Position numbers and translations under genes: made by a program. Below the pieces are notes generated by a model that was given only the letters and a program-made list of their open reading frames with translations, did no database searches and had not been told where the DNA came from. A stretch of DNA of 64,000 bases from Chrysomallon squamiferum (Eukaryota; Animalia; Mollusca): assembly GCA_012295275.1 (NCBI GenBank), contig CM022670.1, positions 18,352,001 to 18,416,000 on the forward strand, in the 5' to 3' direction. Of this stretch, positions 29,876-41,592 are shown piece by piece; the first letter of the stretch is position 1; every line of letters starts with the position of its first letter.

Positions 29876-30083
29876 TGACTGCAACATGATGGCTGCATTT
29901 GTAATATTTTTTTTTAAATTAATTAAGAAATTATCAATGGGCTGACACTTTCAGTGTTTCACTGACAACAGTGATATACAAAAACACTGTCTACTTGTAT
30001 TCTTACCATTTAGGAGTTTTCACTTTCCAAGTCAGATCTAAACTTTGTATCCACCGTAAAACTTCTCTTGGTAAACCAGACAT
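25853..30083 (-). CDS. SPATA4: Spermatogenesis-associated protein 4 (SPEF1-type CH domain), 6 coding exons, ~260 aa
   Basis: Exons 30083-30007, 28444-28315, 27592-27474, 27008-26846, 26470-26278, 25953-25853 (783 nt, GT-AG, phases consistent). Motifs LPREVLRWIQSLDL...DLSNGYLVAEIFSWYFP, GTIHCKEGA, DFTDWAYQAKLPMHARST..KAVKNNLR and NPDRFSIKPTVGE match SPATA4 as recalled. Confidence 0.92.
28667..29393. mobile_element. MITE-like non-autonomous DNA element in SPATA4 intron 1
   Basis: Left end GGTGCTACTTTTGCATGTGATCTA (28667-28690) is a near-perfect inverted match to TAGATCACATGCCAAAGTAGCCCC (29370-29393). The ctacttt and gtgatctac motifs recur subterminally at both ends, and there are internal direct duplications (agcaaacatct..tagaaacacaagaaaa twice). 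No TSD was confidently identified. Confidence 0.6.
29817..29875. repeat. (TTA)n microsatellite
   Basis: Directly visible; a second (TTA)n lies at ~30712-30759. Confidence 0.95.
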
Positions 30084-30153
30084 AACGACACGGGAATATA
30101 TGTTAAAGAACTGTAAACAATGCACGATTCTTCTAAGTTTCAAGCTTCCTGTT

Positions 30154-30167
30154 GTTTCCAAGGCAAC
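30154..30167. promoter_or_regulatory. RFX X-box in the SPATA4/MITD1 bidirectional promoter
   Basis: GTTTCCAAGGCAAC fits the X-box consensus (GTYNCY-NN-RGNAAC) and lies 71 bp upstream of the SPATA4 ATG. An NRF1-like ATGCGCA is at 30216-30222, and a probable MITD1 5'UTR donor AG|GTAAAG is at 30439. Confidence 0.7.
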
Positions 30168-30710
30168 TCCGGTGTTCACAAATTAGTTTATTATAAAATA
30201 AATGAATCACGGAACATGCGCAGAGCAGAATACAAAGTTTAATCCGTCAATAAACGAAGTCTTTAAATGTTTCGCCCTATTCCGTAGGCGGTGTCAACAA
30301 TAAAAGTTACTTGTTTAAAAATGAGAATGCACTTCAATTATTTTGGAATGTTTAAACGAAATGTTAATTGGTAATTTATTATTTGTTTTTGTGTCATATT
30401 TCTGAAACCATTCCAGTTAACATCCAGACATGAATAAGGTAAAGATTATATAACTTCCGACATGAAATGGAAACTTTTACCGTTAATCACTGAAACTAAT
30501 AAAAAGTAAGTGAATCATTGAATGTAAGAAAATTAATACAATTATTAAAATTAATGAATTATTTAATCAAGTTAATGTCATATATCTTTAATGGATTATA
30601 TCGCATTGTGTCATGTGACATGTGGAAATTATAATTATAATTCAGTATGACTAAGGTATATAATAATATATGTACATAATATAGATAGATAATGATTAGA
30701 TACTCTTTTG

Positions 30711-30760
<50 letters not shown>

Positions 30761-31434
30761 GGGCACTAGGAATTATTAACTATAAATTAATTAAGATATC
30801 ACAAAAGAAGGTAAAACCTCACATACGAAAATCGCCAAATTAAATTCGTAGATGTATCAACGGAATTTTGTTTTAGGTAAAAATATTTGGAAAATAATCA
30901 GATTTTTCATCTTAAAACGGATATTAAAATATTAAAAATAATATCTCTGTGTAACGTCTGTTCTTTATTTTTCTTTATTTTATTATTTTTTTAATTTGTT
31001 TTCCCGTTTGGTCCATGGTATGAAAAATGTATAACTGCTTTAGAATAAACTTGTTCAATCAAATAGTTGTTTAATTTAGTTTAAAACTATTGATAAAAAT
31101 GTTAATTTTAAAATAAATTGAAAAATAACCTAATAATCTTAATACCAGAAAACAGAATGAATGAATAAATATTTAATGACACATTAGTAAATTTTAATGT
31201 AAGTTGTCACTATGTGTCTTACAAGGTACTTCTTCACAAAAGTAAGTACTCTTATTGATTATTAAAAACACAAAGACACTGATCACTGGTTAGACTAAGA
31301 AATAACCCAATTTTTGATAATAACAAAGTAGATTTGAACTCCAGATTTCCATGAACTGATTCTTTATTACTGTCAAATGTAACTAAATGATCTTTTTTAA
31401 TTCCAGTTTGGATTGATTGCAATTGGAATAAACT

Positions 31435-34400
31435 ATGACTGACACCAACAAGATAGCTGGGGTTGAAGCTTCAGCAATAAGTCTACTTAAACGTGCAGTT
31501 GAACTGGACACATCAAAACGGTTTGATGAAGCTGTCACTTGTTACCAAGAAGGTTTGTGTCTTCTGCTGGAGGTTCTTAAAGGTGAGTTTATAGTTGAGG
31601 ATTTTAATATCAACTCCTAGAAATTCTCCATGTTCATTATATTTAAAAAAAATGAAGGAAGATATTAAGATTATATGTAAGACACAGTCATTTTTATTTT
31701 GGTTAAGAATTATATATATGATTAAGGAAACCAGCAGCTGTATCATTATGATTTATTAGCAGGAAATTTATATTTTTATATGTACCTTTACCTGTACTGG
31801 AAAGTATGTATGGTAAGCAAGTTATTGTCGAGTGGCTGGAGCAAACAACAGTCTGATAATATGTCCTAATTTTACTGAGCATCCTACCATTAATCTATAG
31901 TCACTCCTGTAAGTATTCCTCTAATCAACAACAGATTCATTGTTTAATTGCCTGTTGGTTATTTTTTTAAAGTTTGACAAATTAAAAACAGAATCAATAT
32001 TTTAATGATAAATGTTCTTAACTTTGTAATGAAACATGTATCATCATGAAAATGTATCTATGCAACAATGGCATTTCTCCTTCCAAAAATCTAGCATCCA
32101 GTATTAGTTAGATTTGTAGTTAGTGATGTTATTGTATTTAATTAACTGATATTTTCAGTTAAAATTGATTTTTGTTTTGTTTTTTAATTTAAATGCATGT
32201 GTGTTTGTTTGTATGTGTGTGTAACACAAAACACTTTAGAATCTTTAAAATAATACTTTAAAAGTTTCTTGATTTTTAGGAACTCATGAAGAAGCTAAGA
32301 AAGTCCGATATCGTGAGAAAATTTCTGACTATATGAAAAGAGCTGAGGAACTTAAAGTGCATGTGCAACAAGAAAAAGAACGTATGTTTCTTTTTAAGTT
32401 TACAATTTTTGTCTAATGTGAATACAGTGAAAATTACAACTTAAACTTTCTTTATATATATATATATACACACAAACATATATTAAGTGTGTCTCAAATA
32501 AGTAAGGATATTCAGTATTATGCAGGTCCAAAAATATCAGACGCCATGATATTATTTCTGTATATATATATATATATAGAATAAATTATAAATCTTCAGT
32601 ATCTGTACATTCTAATATTAATGAAATAATTAGGAAAACAGAAATATATAACAATAAAAACTCTTCCAAGACCATACTAATATCAATGAATGATTAGTAA
32701 TGTTTTCATATCAGATGTTTCATTTGTCTAAATAAGTTTTAAAAATACAATCTTTGAAAATTTGCAATTTGTTAGGCTTGATGTAGGTGATGTACTGACA
32801 TATTAAAAATGTGTGTCACTGAAATAAGATGTATACATCTAAGAGTTTGCCCAGCTTTCTCCATAAAAATGTTAAACTACAATACAAATGTCTTTAATAA
32901 ACTGTAAGAATTATTTTTAATTGTTTACTTTTTCAGTTGGAAAGTACCATGAACAGATTCAGATTGAAGCTAATTCTGTAGGTCACAGTTATGAAAAGCT
33001 TTTTTCACGCTTTCTTGATAAAGAAGTCACCGAGATTGAAATTGAAGATCCATACATTCGTATATCATATCAGGTTTAATCAGCAGCTTAAAATTTTTAA
33101 TGCAAGAGAAGTAAAATTGTAATAATTACTTAATAATTTTTTTAAAACTTAATAGATATTTGTTTTTGGTTTTTGGTTTTTTTTTAATAAATGTTATTTG
33201 TAATGATGAAGAATTGTCATTTATTGCTTATTAAAATGAAGTAAGAAAATATATACATTGGTTGGTGGATACAGCCTTTGACATACAATCAGCTAAACTA
33301 TAATTAATTATATCACTAATGTTGTCAGTTATAAAATAGAAGTTTATTGTTTTAATATTAATTTTTTGTTGTTGTTTTTTTATTTCTTATTTAATTTTCT
33401 ATTTCAGATTTTCAATTTTTTACGATTTTGTGAACTTGTTGTGAAATGTGACACTAATGTTAACAAGATCAAACTTGTTACAGGAAGAGATCAGGCAATT
33501 TTATTTTAATACATTAAGTAAAATGTACTAAAGATTCTAAAGTATTGAGGTTAAAAACAGAAAAGGATTTTTTTTTTTTTTTGTATGAAAATAAAAAAAA
33601 TAGAACAGGCAGTGATTGCAGAAACCAGTGTTCCATTAATTTTGTTGAAAATATTAACAATATTAATAAAATAAGCCTTAATTATCTAATTAATGTTTGC
33701 TTTGTAGAATGCTCAGTACACTATGATTAATACATTTTCATTAATTATACAATGACTTTTACTTAGTTATTTAAAATGAATTTATTTAATATTTTCTTTG
33801 TCGACTGATCCGTAATTAATAAATGAATAAATTCTTAACTCGCTCAGGTGGATTATATTTCTCTATAATCATGGACATGTTCTGATGTTAATGTCACTGT
33901 TACACTAGTAATATAATTAGTGTTACTCTTTCAGGACAACCAGAGTCAGCAGCAGAAACTAAGCCAGATACAGAACAGCTTAAAGAGCTATAACATAGAC
34001 TTGGATATTCAGTATTCAGATACACTTCATGATAGACAAATTAAGTATGTTCTTAATGCAGAAAAAACTATATATCTCTCTGGAGTATGAAATGAGATTT
34101 ATATTTATGCACTTAGAATACTGAAGAATAATAACAACCAAAATGGCTTTTACTACTTCTTAATACAGAGTGCTATATACATTTACTGACTTAAAAATTG
34201 ATACTAAATTCCATTTACAAAAGCATCGATATTTTGCAGATATAACCAATAAAAAAACAAACAGATCAACAATTTTTAGAGAATTGACATTGGTCTCAGG
34301 ATTGTTTCCCAATGTGTTCTGTGCAAAGATATGTCACAATAAATATAAAGTAATTTGTACTTTATTTACTTTTTTATTTTTAGTATTTATTTTTTCTAAT

Positions 34401-34762
34401 TACAGGATAATCACTGATAATAGTATAAATTATTAATACACTTTTTATGATGGTATCAGATTATACTCTATGGTAAGAATGCAATTAATAGGTTTGTAAG
34501 TTTATATAATGTGTTAAAATAACCAACATTATTTTCCTTTTAACATCTCCTAATTATCATACTTTAATTTGACTTTTTAAAATTTATTTTCAGATTTAAC
34601 AACGGATGGATGATAAAAATAGGGCGTGGTCTGGATATTTACAAAGGAACTGAAAATAATTTTTCTATTGGATTTTGTGATTTTGATTTAAGACGTTGCC
34701 ATGAAACAACCGTGGACATTTTTCATAGCAAAAACATCAAAACACTGGATGAGCAAAGTTGA
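31435..34762 (+). CDS. MITD1: MIT domain-containing protein 1 (MIT + PLD-like domain; ESCRT-III partner), 6 coding exons, ~250 aa
   Basis: Exons 31435-31582, 32280-32381, 32937-33073, 33408-33494, 33935-34044, 34594-34762 (753 nt; intron 4 has a GC donor). It has the MIT domain LKRAVELD...A..CYQEG..LL...[10 protein letters not shown], then [24 protein letters not shown] and [21 protein letters not shown]...[10 protein letters not shown] candidate AATAAA is at 35583-35588. Confidence 0.95.
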
Positions 34763-36378
34763 CATCTTTTTTTGTTATTTCAGAATCAAATAACTTTGCA
34801 GGGATTTTGTATATATATATTTTTTTAAAATAAGTACAGAAATTTAATTCAAATAGTGTTATAGTTTCAAGTCATTGCATGTTCAGTAATTCATAGGTAT
34901 GTAACTCATATTCAAAATTAGTCAGGTTGGTTTGACTGATATATATTTTGCTGCATTATTTTAAATATTCATGGGTTATATAAGAAATGTATTTTTGAAA
35001 TAAGTAAGAAAATATGTAATTATCTGTGATGTTTTGACATGAAATAGTTACAGAATTTTATTTCTTTATTTTTGTGTTCACCGCATCTAGACAAACAAGA
35101 ACAGATTGGTAATCACCTAGGTGTTTATTAATTACAGATAAAACAATTTGTAGTCAATAATTACAATTCACTGATTTCAGATAGGTATTGTTCCTCAGTA
35201 AAATTATGAAGCCCATCAACATTACTGTATTAACTACATCTATAGATATACATCACCTTATATATACATTGTAGAGTAAAGCACATTGCATCACTTGCAA
35301 AATAAGAATTGTTTCCCTTTAACAGAAAGTTTTTAAAATTTCATCATGTGATATTTATCACCAAGTATTTGTTTCCTGGTGTAAAAATGAGTTTCCCACC
35401 ACCACTACTATTTTTTCAGCTTGAAACATTTATACATTTTACATGTTTTTCTAAGCCATTTTATAATTAAGTAATGTAATTATTTTCTCTTTTCTGTTAT
35501 TACATGCAGGAAAGTTGTTTTTTATTAATGTATTTTGTGCAGTTTAAACTTGTTTTTTATTTATGTATTTTGTGCAGTTTTTAATAAATTCATTATAATT
35601 CATAAATCTTTGTTTTATTTGAGAATATACAGTATAGATTACAAATATTAATACTATATGTTGATTCCTTTTAAAAATTTCAAGATAATAAACATTGTTT
35701 CATATATAAAATAAAATAATGACAGACAGAAATAATTATTTCAAACTTGCTACCTTTTCAAAGACTTGACATTTTTGTATGTGAATATGACTTGTCATCA
35801 CATTAAAACGTAAGATAATTTCTCCATGTAATTTTCATATTAATTTATTGTCATACTTTATTACTAAGACTGATTGCATTTAAAAAAAAAAACAAGAAGA
35901 AGCAAACAACAAGTCATGTGTTTGTACCACCAAGATAACCTAAAATCATTGTGACACAGCACTCGGATCTAATTTTAAACTTACACATATTATTTATTAT
36001 TTACAAATCACTGGAGGTTTAAAAACAAGAAAACATTTTTTTTCAAAGGGAAAAAACAGTTTTATTGTCATCAGCATTTATTGATCACAAACACAAAATA
36101 ATTATGCACAAATGTATATTACATTTTGTAAGGTAAAATAAAAGTAGTAAGTGCCAGTGTACCGCCAGCAAAAGAAAACATAAATATTCTAATCTATTTA
36201 AACAGTTAAAAACAAAAAAATGCAAATGCACTAATTGCAAGTAATACAAGTATAAAGTTTTATATTTTGATGGAAAATTATCTTTGGATTCAATCTTTAT
36301 TATTTTTATTGAAAACAAAAATTATAAATGCCTCATTTTGTATAAATGTTAAGTGTAATGTATAAATTTCATTACACA

Positions 36379-36414
<36 letters not shown>

Positions 36415-36499
36415 TATTATTCTTTAAGAGATTTTGTCTCTAATGATTAATAAAAGCCAATTATTAATATCCATAAATTGGGAAAATTATAAAGATACA

Positions 36500-38190
36500 T
36501 AGTGAGTAACTCATTTTAGGTGACAGATTCATTGGTGGGGATTTTGCCTGTAAAGACTAATGTTATGATACACTGAATGTTCTTTATACATCAGCATCAG
36601 TTTAAATGCATTGTTTATTTGAAGACTGCTATGAAATGAAATTTCATTAAGTTGCTATCAATGACTGCTTCAATATCTCCCTCTGATGTACAACACATCT
36701 ATATTATTTTCCATCACCTTGTACTCAGTATAAATGCTATCCACTAAGCGTGGACAAGGATTCACCAAACTGATAAATAATGCGGACAACAGCAAAAAAA
36801 ATTGGTTAAAAAGCTGACATCTTTATATAATGACCAAACATGCTTTCATTTGAGAAGACCAATAATGAAACAACATTAAAATTATAATAGTTATCAGCGC
36901 TAACAATATAAATTAAAAAAACCCGTTATATATGGGGCAGATCTAGTTGAACTAACATATTAAAGAATATTGCAGTAATAAATATTATAAGAATTGCTTC
37001 CTGAGGTATTTAAATGACAAAACATCCATGTCTACCTGATGAGTCTTGAAGGTTTGGTTCAATGGTTTTCCCATTTGGGATCAAACATTTTATGTAAAGT
37101 TATAATATTTTTTATTTTTTTTTTTAATTTTTTTTTTTTTTGTAATTATAGATTAAATTTGGATGCAATCTGAGGTGAGAAGTGAACAAAATGAGAAAAT
37201 TCACAAGAAGTCAGTCATTTTAGGTGATTTGTCAAAAGCCTACAGAACATCCCCAATACATTTAAAACTAATAGCACTAAAATGATCAAGTTCATGACAT
37301 AAAAGCTTTGTAAGTAGATGCAGTTATATGAAATATGTTGTCTGAAATTCTGCTGACACAATTGAAAACATTTATAAAAAAAAAGTTGTCTGACCTAGCC
37401 TACTGTTTTTATGAAGTCCATTTAAAAAGATTTATAAATTTATTATATAAATAAGCATCATATCTGTGGAAAATTTTCTGTTTCATTTTTAATACATTTT
37501 CTTTACTAACCTGTCACTGAATTTTCTACAGTGTTTGTAGATGAGGTTGGTTATTTGTAACTTTGTTATCATGTTATTAGTAAACACTGAATTATGTGGT
37601 TTAGCAAAAGAACATCATCCAATGAAATAATCGTGTTAGTCATGGTTACTGCCTAGCATTTCATTAACAGAAAACTATTAGGAAAACATTCCATTGAACT
37701 CATTTGCAGATCCATTGGTGTTAGTGGATATGAACCTTTCTCTGTTCACATAAGATATTTTCACCAATTTCAAAGCAATTAACTGAACACATGAGAAACA
37801 ATTTTCTCTTTGCTGTCATATATTTATAATTGTTAAGTGTTAAGATCTACTTTTCAACATTATTTCTTACACTGCTAAATATTTATCCATGAAGACTGTG
37901 AGATCCCACTTGGTTACACATTCTAGATCTGCACCTGCAAATTATCCAGTATGTTATACTTCAGCTTAGTATGATGTTAACTGTAGAGAAAACACCACTT
38001 TGAGACTGCAACACATTTAGGCTCTGAAAACAAACTTTGGTGGATTAACATGTTATTTCCTCATGTTTGATCTTGGACCATCTCCTGCCAGTTTAATTAC
38101 ATCTATAACTGTCTCTCAGTCTGAAATAAAAATCATACAAAAATCATTGATGTCATTAGTGAGGACAAAACTGAGACAAAATCATCTAAT
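36500..38190 (-). pseudogene. Heavily decayed F-box/LRR paralogue downstream of the intact minus-strand F-box gene
   Basis: The minus strand from 38186 reads DDFVSVLSSLMTSMIF [frameshift] YFRLRDSYRCN*TGRRWSKI ... IHQSL, in register with LPETVLVTIMEYLSLRDRFNFSLTCKRLSMVF.HPSLW of the neighbour. Weaker collinear remnants follow: FMDKY..RNNV, LDHFS, QVDMDVL and LFISLVNPCPRL. The 3' boundary is approximate. Confidence 0.6.
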
Positions 38191-38409
38191 GTTTATTTTT
38201 ACCATAATAATAGGAAAGAATAAATTATATTTCCAATACCTGACTTTCATTAATACATATACTGATATAGAGACATTGTCAAACAGGTTTTGCTTTTTAA
38301 CAAACACTGACACACAGTCCCAGACACATATATAAACACACATACATGCACACAAATACACACAGAGAAAATGAGACACTTGTACAAGACTTACCACTTC
38401 GGAAATGCT

Positions 38410-39843
38410 TTAGGTTCCCAGTTTCCAAATACGTTCTGTACTGAGACTCCATCTGTAGCCCATGATTTCACTCACTTTAGTTTTCAAGGTTTCTAACACA
38501 GCTTTCCTCTGATCAACATCTTCATGAAATTCTGTAAGACTGACCAAGAACAGATCACCATTCTGTCGTGTACCCACAACTTTGTCCGAGTTATCTTCTT
38601 GTTTTTCCTGAGTCACCAAAGCTGATTCCAGAAACTTAAATGTCCACCATTTTCTCCGTCTCAAATGAGCAAGTTTCACCACTGTTGTGTGATGAACTTG
38701 TCCAAAAAACACTAAGTTTGTAACATTTGTACAGTTTTCTATCAAATTCACAAGAACCTGGTCACATGATACGCTCTCACAGTAAGATTCAAACCTGACC
38801 AAAGTGTCACTGTATTTCTCACTAATGGTAGATATGATTTCCTCATCTATTCTAGAGTGTTCCAGAAATATAATTGTTTCCAGAGGTATTTCTTTCAACA
38901 GCACAATGTCCATATCCAAAGGTTTTACTCTGTTCATGACTAACATTTTAACTCTGACATCAGGACTATGGTCAGTGAATGTTTTCCAAGATGATGATGA
39001 TAGAACAGGAAATTGGTGCTTTAATGTTTGATCAGACTTGATTATCAAGATCTCAAGCTTTTGGAATCTTGATCTTCTTGATCGTGCCATTTCCAGAAGA
39101 AGTTCATCGCTAAGCATCTGAAGTCTCAATGACAGATGTGTCAAACTTTCAAAATGACTCACAATTTTCACAGTTTCTTGTGGAGTTGGGAACTCTTGAT
39201 TTCTTTCCACCCAGCCATCTGCTTCATCAATCCAAAATACTTTGAGGTTTCTTAAATTTTTTGTGTCATCATTTCCCAACAGTGACCGAAGAATGTCCAC
39301 TTCTGGTGTGACCTCTGGGTCGTCCATTCGAAATGGCCAAGACAACAGGCTGAAAGTGTGCAACTGACCAGCCTTTTTTACCAAATTTGCTACTGGAATC
39401 AAATAATTTACAGCAGAGAGAGTATTCTGATCCAGTTTGAAAATGTTGGGAATAATTGTTGCTTTTACTGTCAACAAATGCAGTCGACAGTTTTCAGCCA
39501 ATGTTACAAGAAACTGTGGCCACAAGTCAGGAAACTCCAAGAAATAACCCAGTGTTATTATCTTCAAGTACTGAACATTTCGACCATATTTTTCAATAAT
39601 TTTATAATATTTGTCCAAGATTTTTGGATCAAATTTAGGGTTTTGGTGATATTTAATTGGTATTCTGGAGCTGCAGTAAGCACCTGACACAATCACATCC
39701 AAGTATCTCCAAAGAGATGGGTGACAAAAAACCATACTGAGCCTTTTACATGTAAGAGAAAAGTTGAATCTGTCTCTCAGAGACAAATATTCCATAATGG
39801 TCACCAAAACAGTTTCTGGCAAAGTTGTTACATTTTGATCCAT
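38410..39843 (-). CDS. F-box/LRR-like protein (FBXL3/FBXL8/FBXO33/FBXO39-type architecture), 477 aa, single coding exon
   Basis: ATG at 39843 lies just after a polypyrimidine-AG acceptor (39860-39859). The N-terminal F-box LPETVLVTIMEYLSLRDRFNFSLTCKRLSMVFCHPSLW is followed by degenerate LRR-like segments (LRNLKV, LTHLSL, FQKLEI, CTNVTNL). A probable 5'UTR exon donor GAG|GTGAGT is at 43087. Confidence 0.9.
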   Translation of the reverse strand: MDQNVTTLPETVLVTIMEYLSLRDRFNFSLTCKRLSMVFCHPSLWRYLDVIVSGAYCSSRIPIKYHQNPKFDPKILDKYYKIIEKYGRNVQYLKIITLGYFLEFPDLWPQFLVTLAENCRLHLLTVKATIIPNIFKLDQNTLSAVNYLIPVANLVKKAGQLHTFSLLSWPFRMDDPEVTPEVDILRSLLGNDDTKNLRNLKVFWIDEADGWVERNQEFPTPQETVKIVSHFESLTHLSLRLQMLSDELLLEMARSRRSRFQKLEILIIKSDQTLKHQFPVLSSSSWKTFTDHSPDVRVKMLVMNRVKPLDMDIVLLKEIPLETIIFLEHSRIDEEIISTISEKYSDTLVRFESYCESVSCDQVLVNLIENCTNVTNLVFFGQVHHTTVVKLAHLRRRKWWTFKFLESALVTQEKQEDNSDKVVGTRQNGDLFLVSLTEFHEDVDQRKAVLETLKTKVSEIMGYRWSLSTERIWKLGT

Positions 39844-41387
39844 TGTGGAACTTTCACTCTGAAAATAAAAAACAAAAAAAAAAAAAAAAAAAAGTATTTT
39901 ATAATTAATAGTAAAACAAAAAGAACTAGTAACATTATTACTATTAGTGAGGTAACTTTGTAACAAATGATAGTAATAGATGCAACAAAAGCACTATGTG
40001 ATAGTAATAGTTATATTATAGTAATATTATATAATATTATTTGCTTTGTAGTGGAGTATAATTCATTGCACTGCAGTAAAATTTAAGCATTTTCAGTTTT
40101 TAAGAAAAACTGTGTTATATAAACTGCCCAATTACAGCAATCACTGTGTAATAACAGTATCCTGTATTATTTGTTTTTAAAACTATACTTAAATAAATGA
40201 TATATACTGCAAGTTAATCACTTTAATATTGAATTCAATCAAAAATATAGTGAAAATCATTTTTAAAATGCTTTACCAACAGGTGACTTTGTTTCTTTTC
40301 CTTTGGGGATCAGAAAGAACAATAAAAACAGTGTTTATAAGTTGGTTTTGAATGTCAGAAAAAACAAGTATGCTGTTTTCTGAAGGGTACTAATCACTAT
40401 AAACATTTAAATTTAGCTTGACATAACCGTGGGTCTTAAAGAATGATATTCAAGCTTAGTCTTTTGTATATGAAATCACTATAAAACTGTCACCTACATT
40501 TTGTGACATAGACAGCAATTAATACTCTTATAAGGACACATACCAGGAAGAATTTCAAAGTGGACACAAGAAGAAAATAATGAATTAAAGAAAACAGAAT
40601 GAAACAAAATAAAATATAACTGTGGCCCAGTGGGTTATTATGTTTAGAAATTTAAGAAACAAAATATTCCCATCATAAACAAACAGATTTTACTGATTTT
40701 GTTTAGAAGGCCCCTTTGTGAATATCTCATTAAAGTAAGTGCTTACTTCTAGCATGCCAAGGCAATGTTGTTTCTTGTAAATAAAAGATTTACTCACACT
40801 GATCTGTAGGCAAAACTAATAAAATGTAGGACTACATTATTAACAACAACAGAAAAGGCTAAATAAATAAATAAAGCATTCTTATGGTGGAACATAAAAT
40901 GTTCTCAGTTCTTATTTTATTTTATTTTATTTTTTTATTAAGCAAAAAACGTATAAACAATATCTTTGAGCTATATTGTATTACTATGACAGTCATGGTC
41001 TGGTGTGTTTTATTGTCATACAAATAGAACACAGATGTCAGTATATGTGTTTTCCAAATTATCTTACACTGCTGTAAAATAATACTCTACCTGAATAAAT
41101 TGTTTCCTGGTAAAATGTTAATCATGAAAAAATAAATTAATGTTAAAGAGTTAAAGGCAAAACTCAGGTTTCTGACTGTCTGCCACTGGTCAGCTTTACC
41201 AGATTTCATTTCTTTGTTGGTAACAGTTCTATTTTGAATAATCTGACTTCCAGTAGCTGACATGACTCATTCAAATGGTATGCAAAGTATGTTTCATATA
41301 TTACCTTTAAAATGTTGTAAAATTATATTTAAGTTGTATTTAACAATATTCTGTTTGTTTTTATAAATATTTTATAATACAACTTAA

Positions 41388-41592
41388 CTTTTTCTTATCC
41401 AGGCCATTGTTTCATGACTTGCATAACAAAGGCCATAATATGTATGATTCTGTCTGTGATGTATACAAAACTTCCCTCGAAACACCACCAGTTTCATTTC
41501 ACATTATCAGACTGATGTTTTAATCACATATGAAATCACGGTAAATAAAATGTGTTGAGAGCACAGTTAAATAAATTGTTTCCTTCCTCCCT
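41388..41592 (+). mobile_element. SINE-like relic (core plus 3' tail) in the 5'UTR intron of the minus-strand F-box gene
   Basis: acaaaggccataatatgtatgattctgtctgtg...cggtaaataaaatgtgttgagagcacagttaaataaattgtttccttcctcc ends in a (TTCC)-type tail, as recalled for the same gastropod SINE family. Confidence 0.45.

Larger units (their letters stand above)
29649..30630 (+). repeat. ~95-bp direct repeat pair (29649-29743 and 30536-30630) bracketing the SPATA4/MITD1 promoter
   Basis: atacaattatta.aattaat.aattatttaatcaagttaatgtc.ta.atctttaatgga.t.tatcgcattgtgtcatgtgacatgtggaaatt occurs twice with only about six substitutions. Confidence 0.9.

Noticed and set aside
8888-34762. U12-type introns, tRNA, rRNA or snoRNA genes
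   Set aside because: No RTATCCTT donors were found at the traced junctions, and no convincing tRNA, rRNA or box C/D structure was seen by eye.
39844-39966. N-terminal extension of the 518-aa ORF in the track (MLQSYL...FFFFFF)
   Set aside because: It starts at a non-ATG codon and runs through an intronic poly-T tract and acceptor; the true start is the ATG at 39843.
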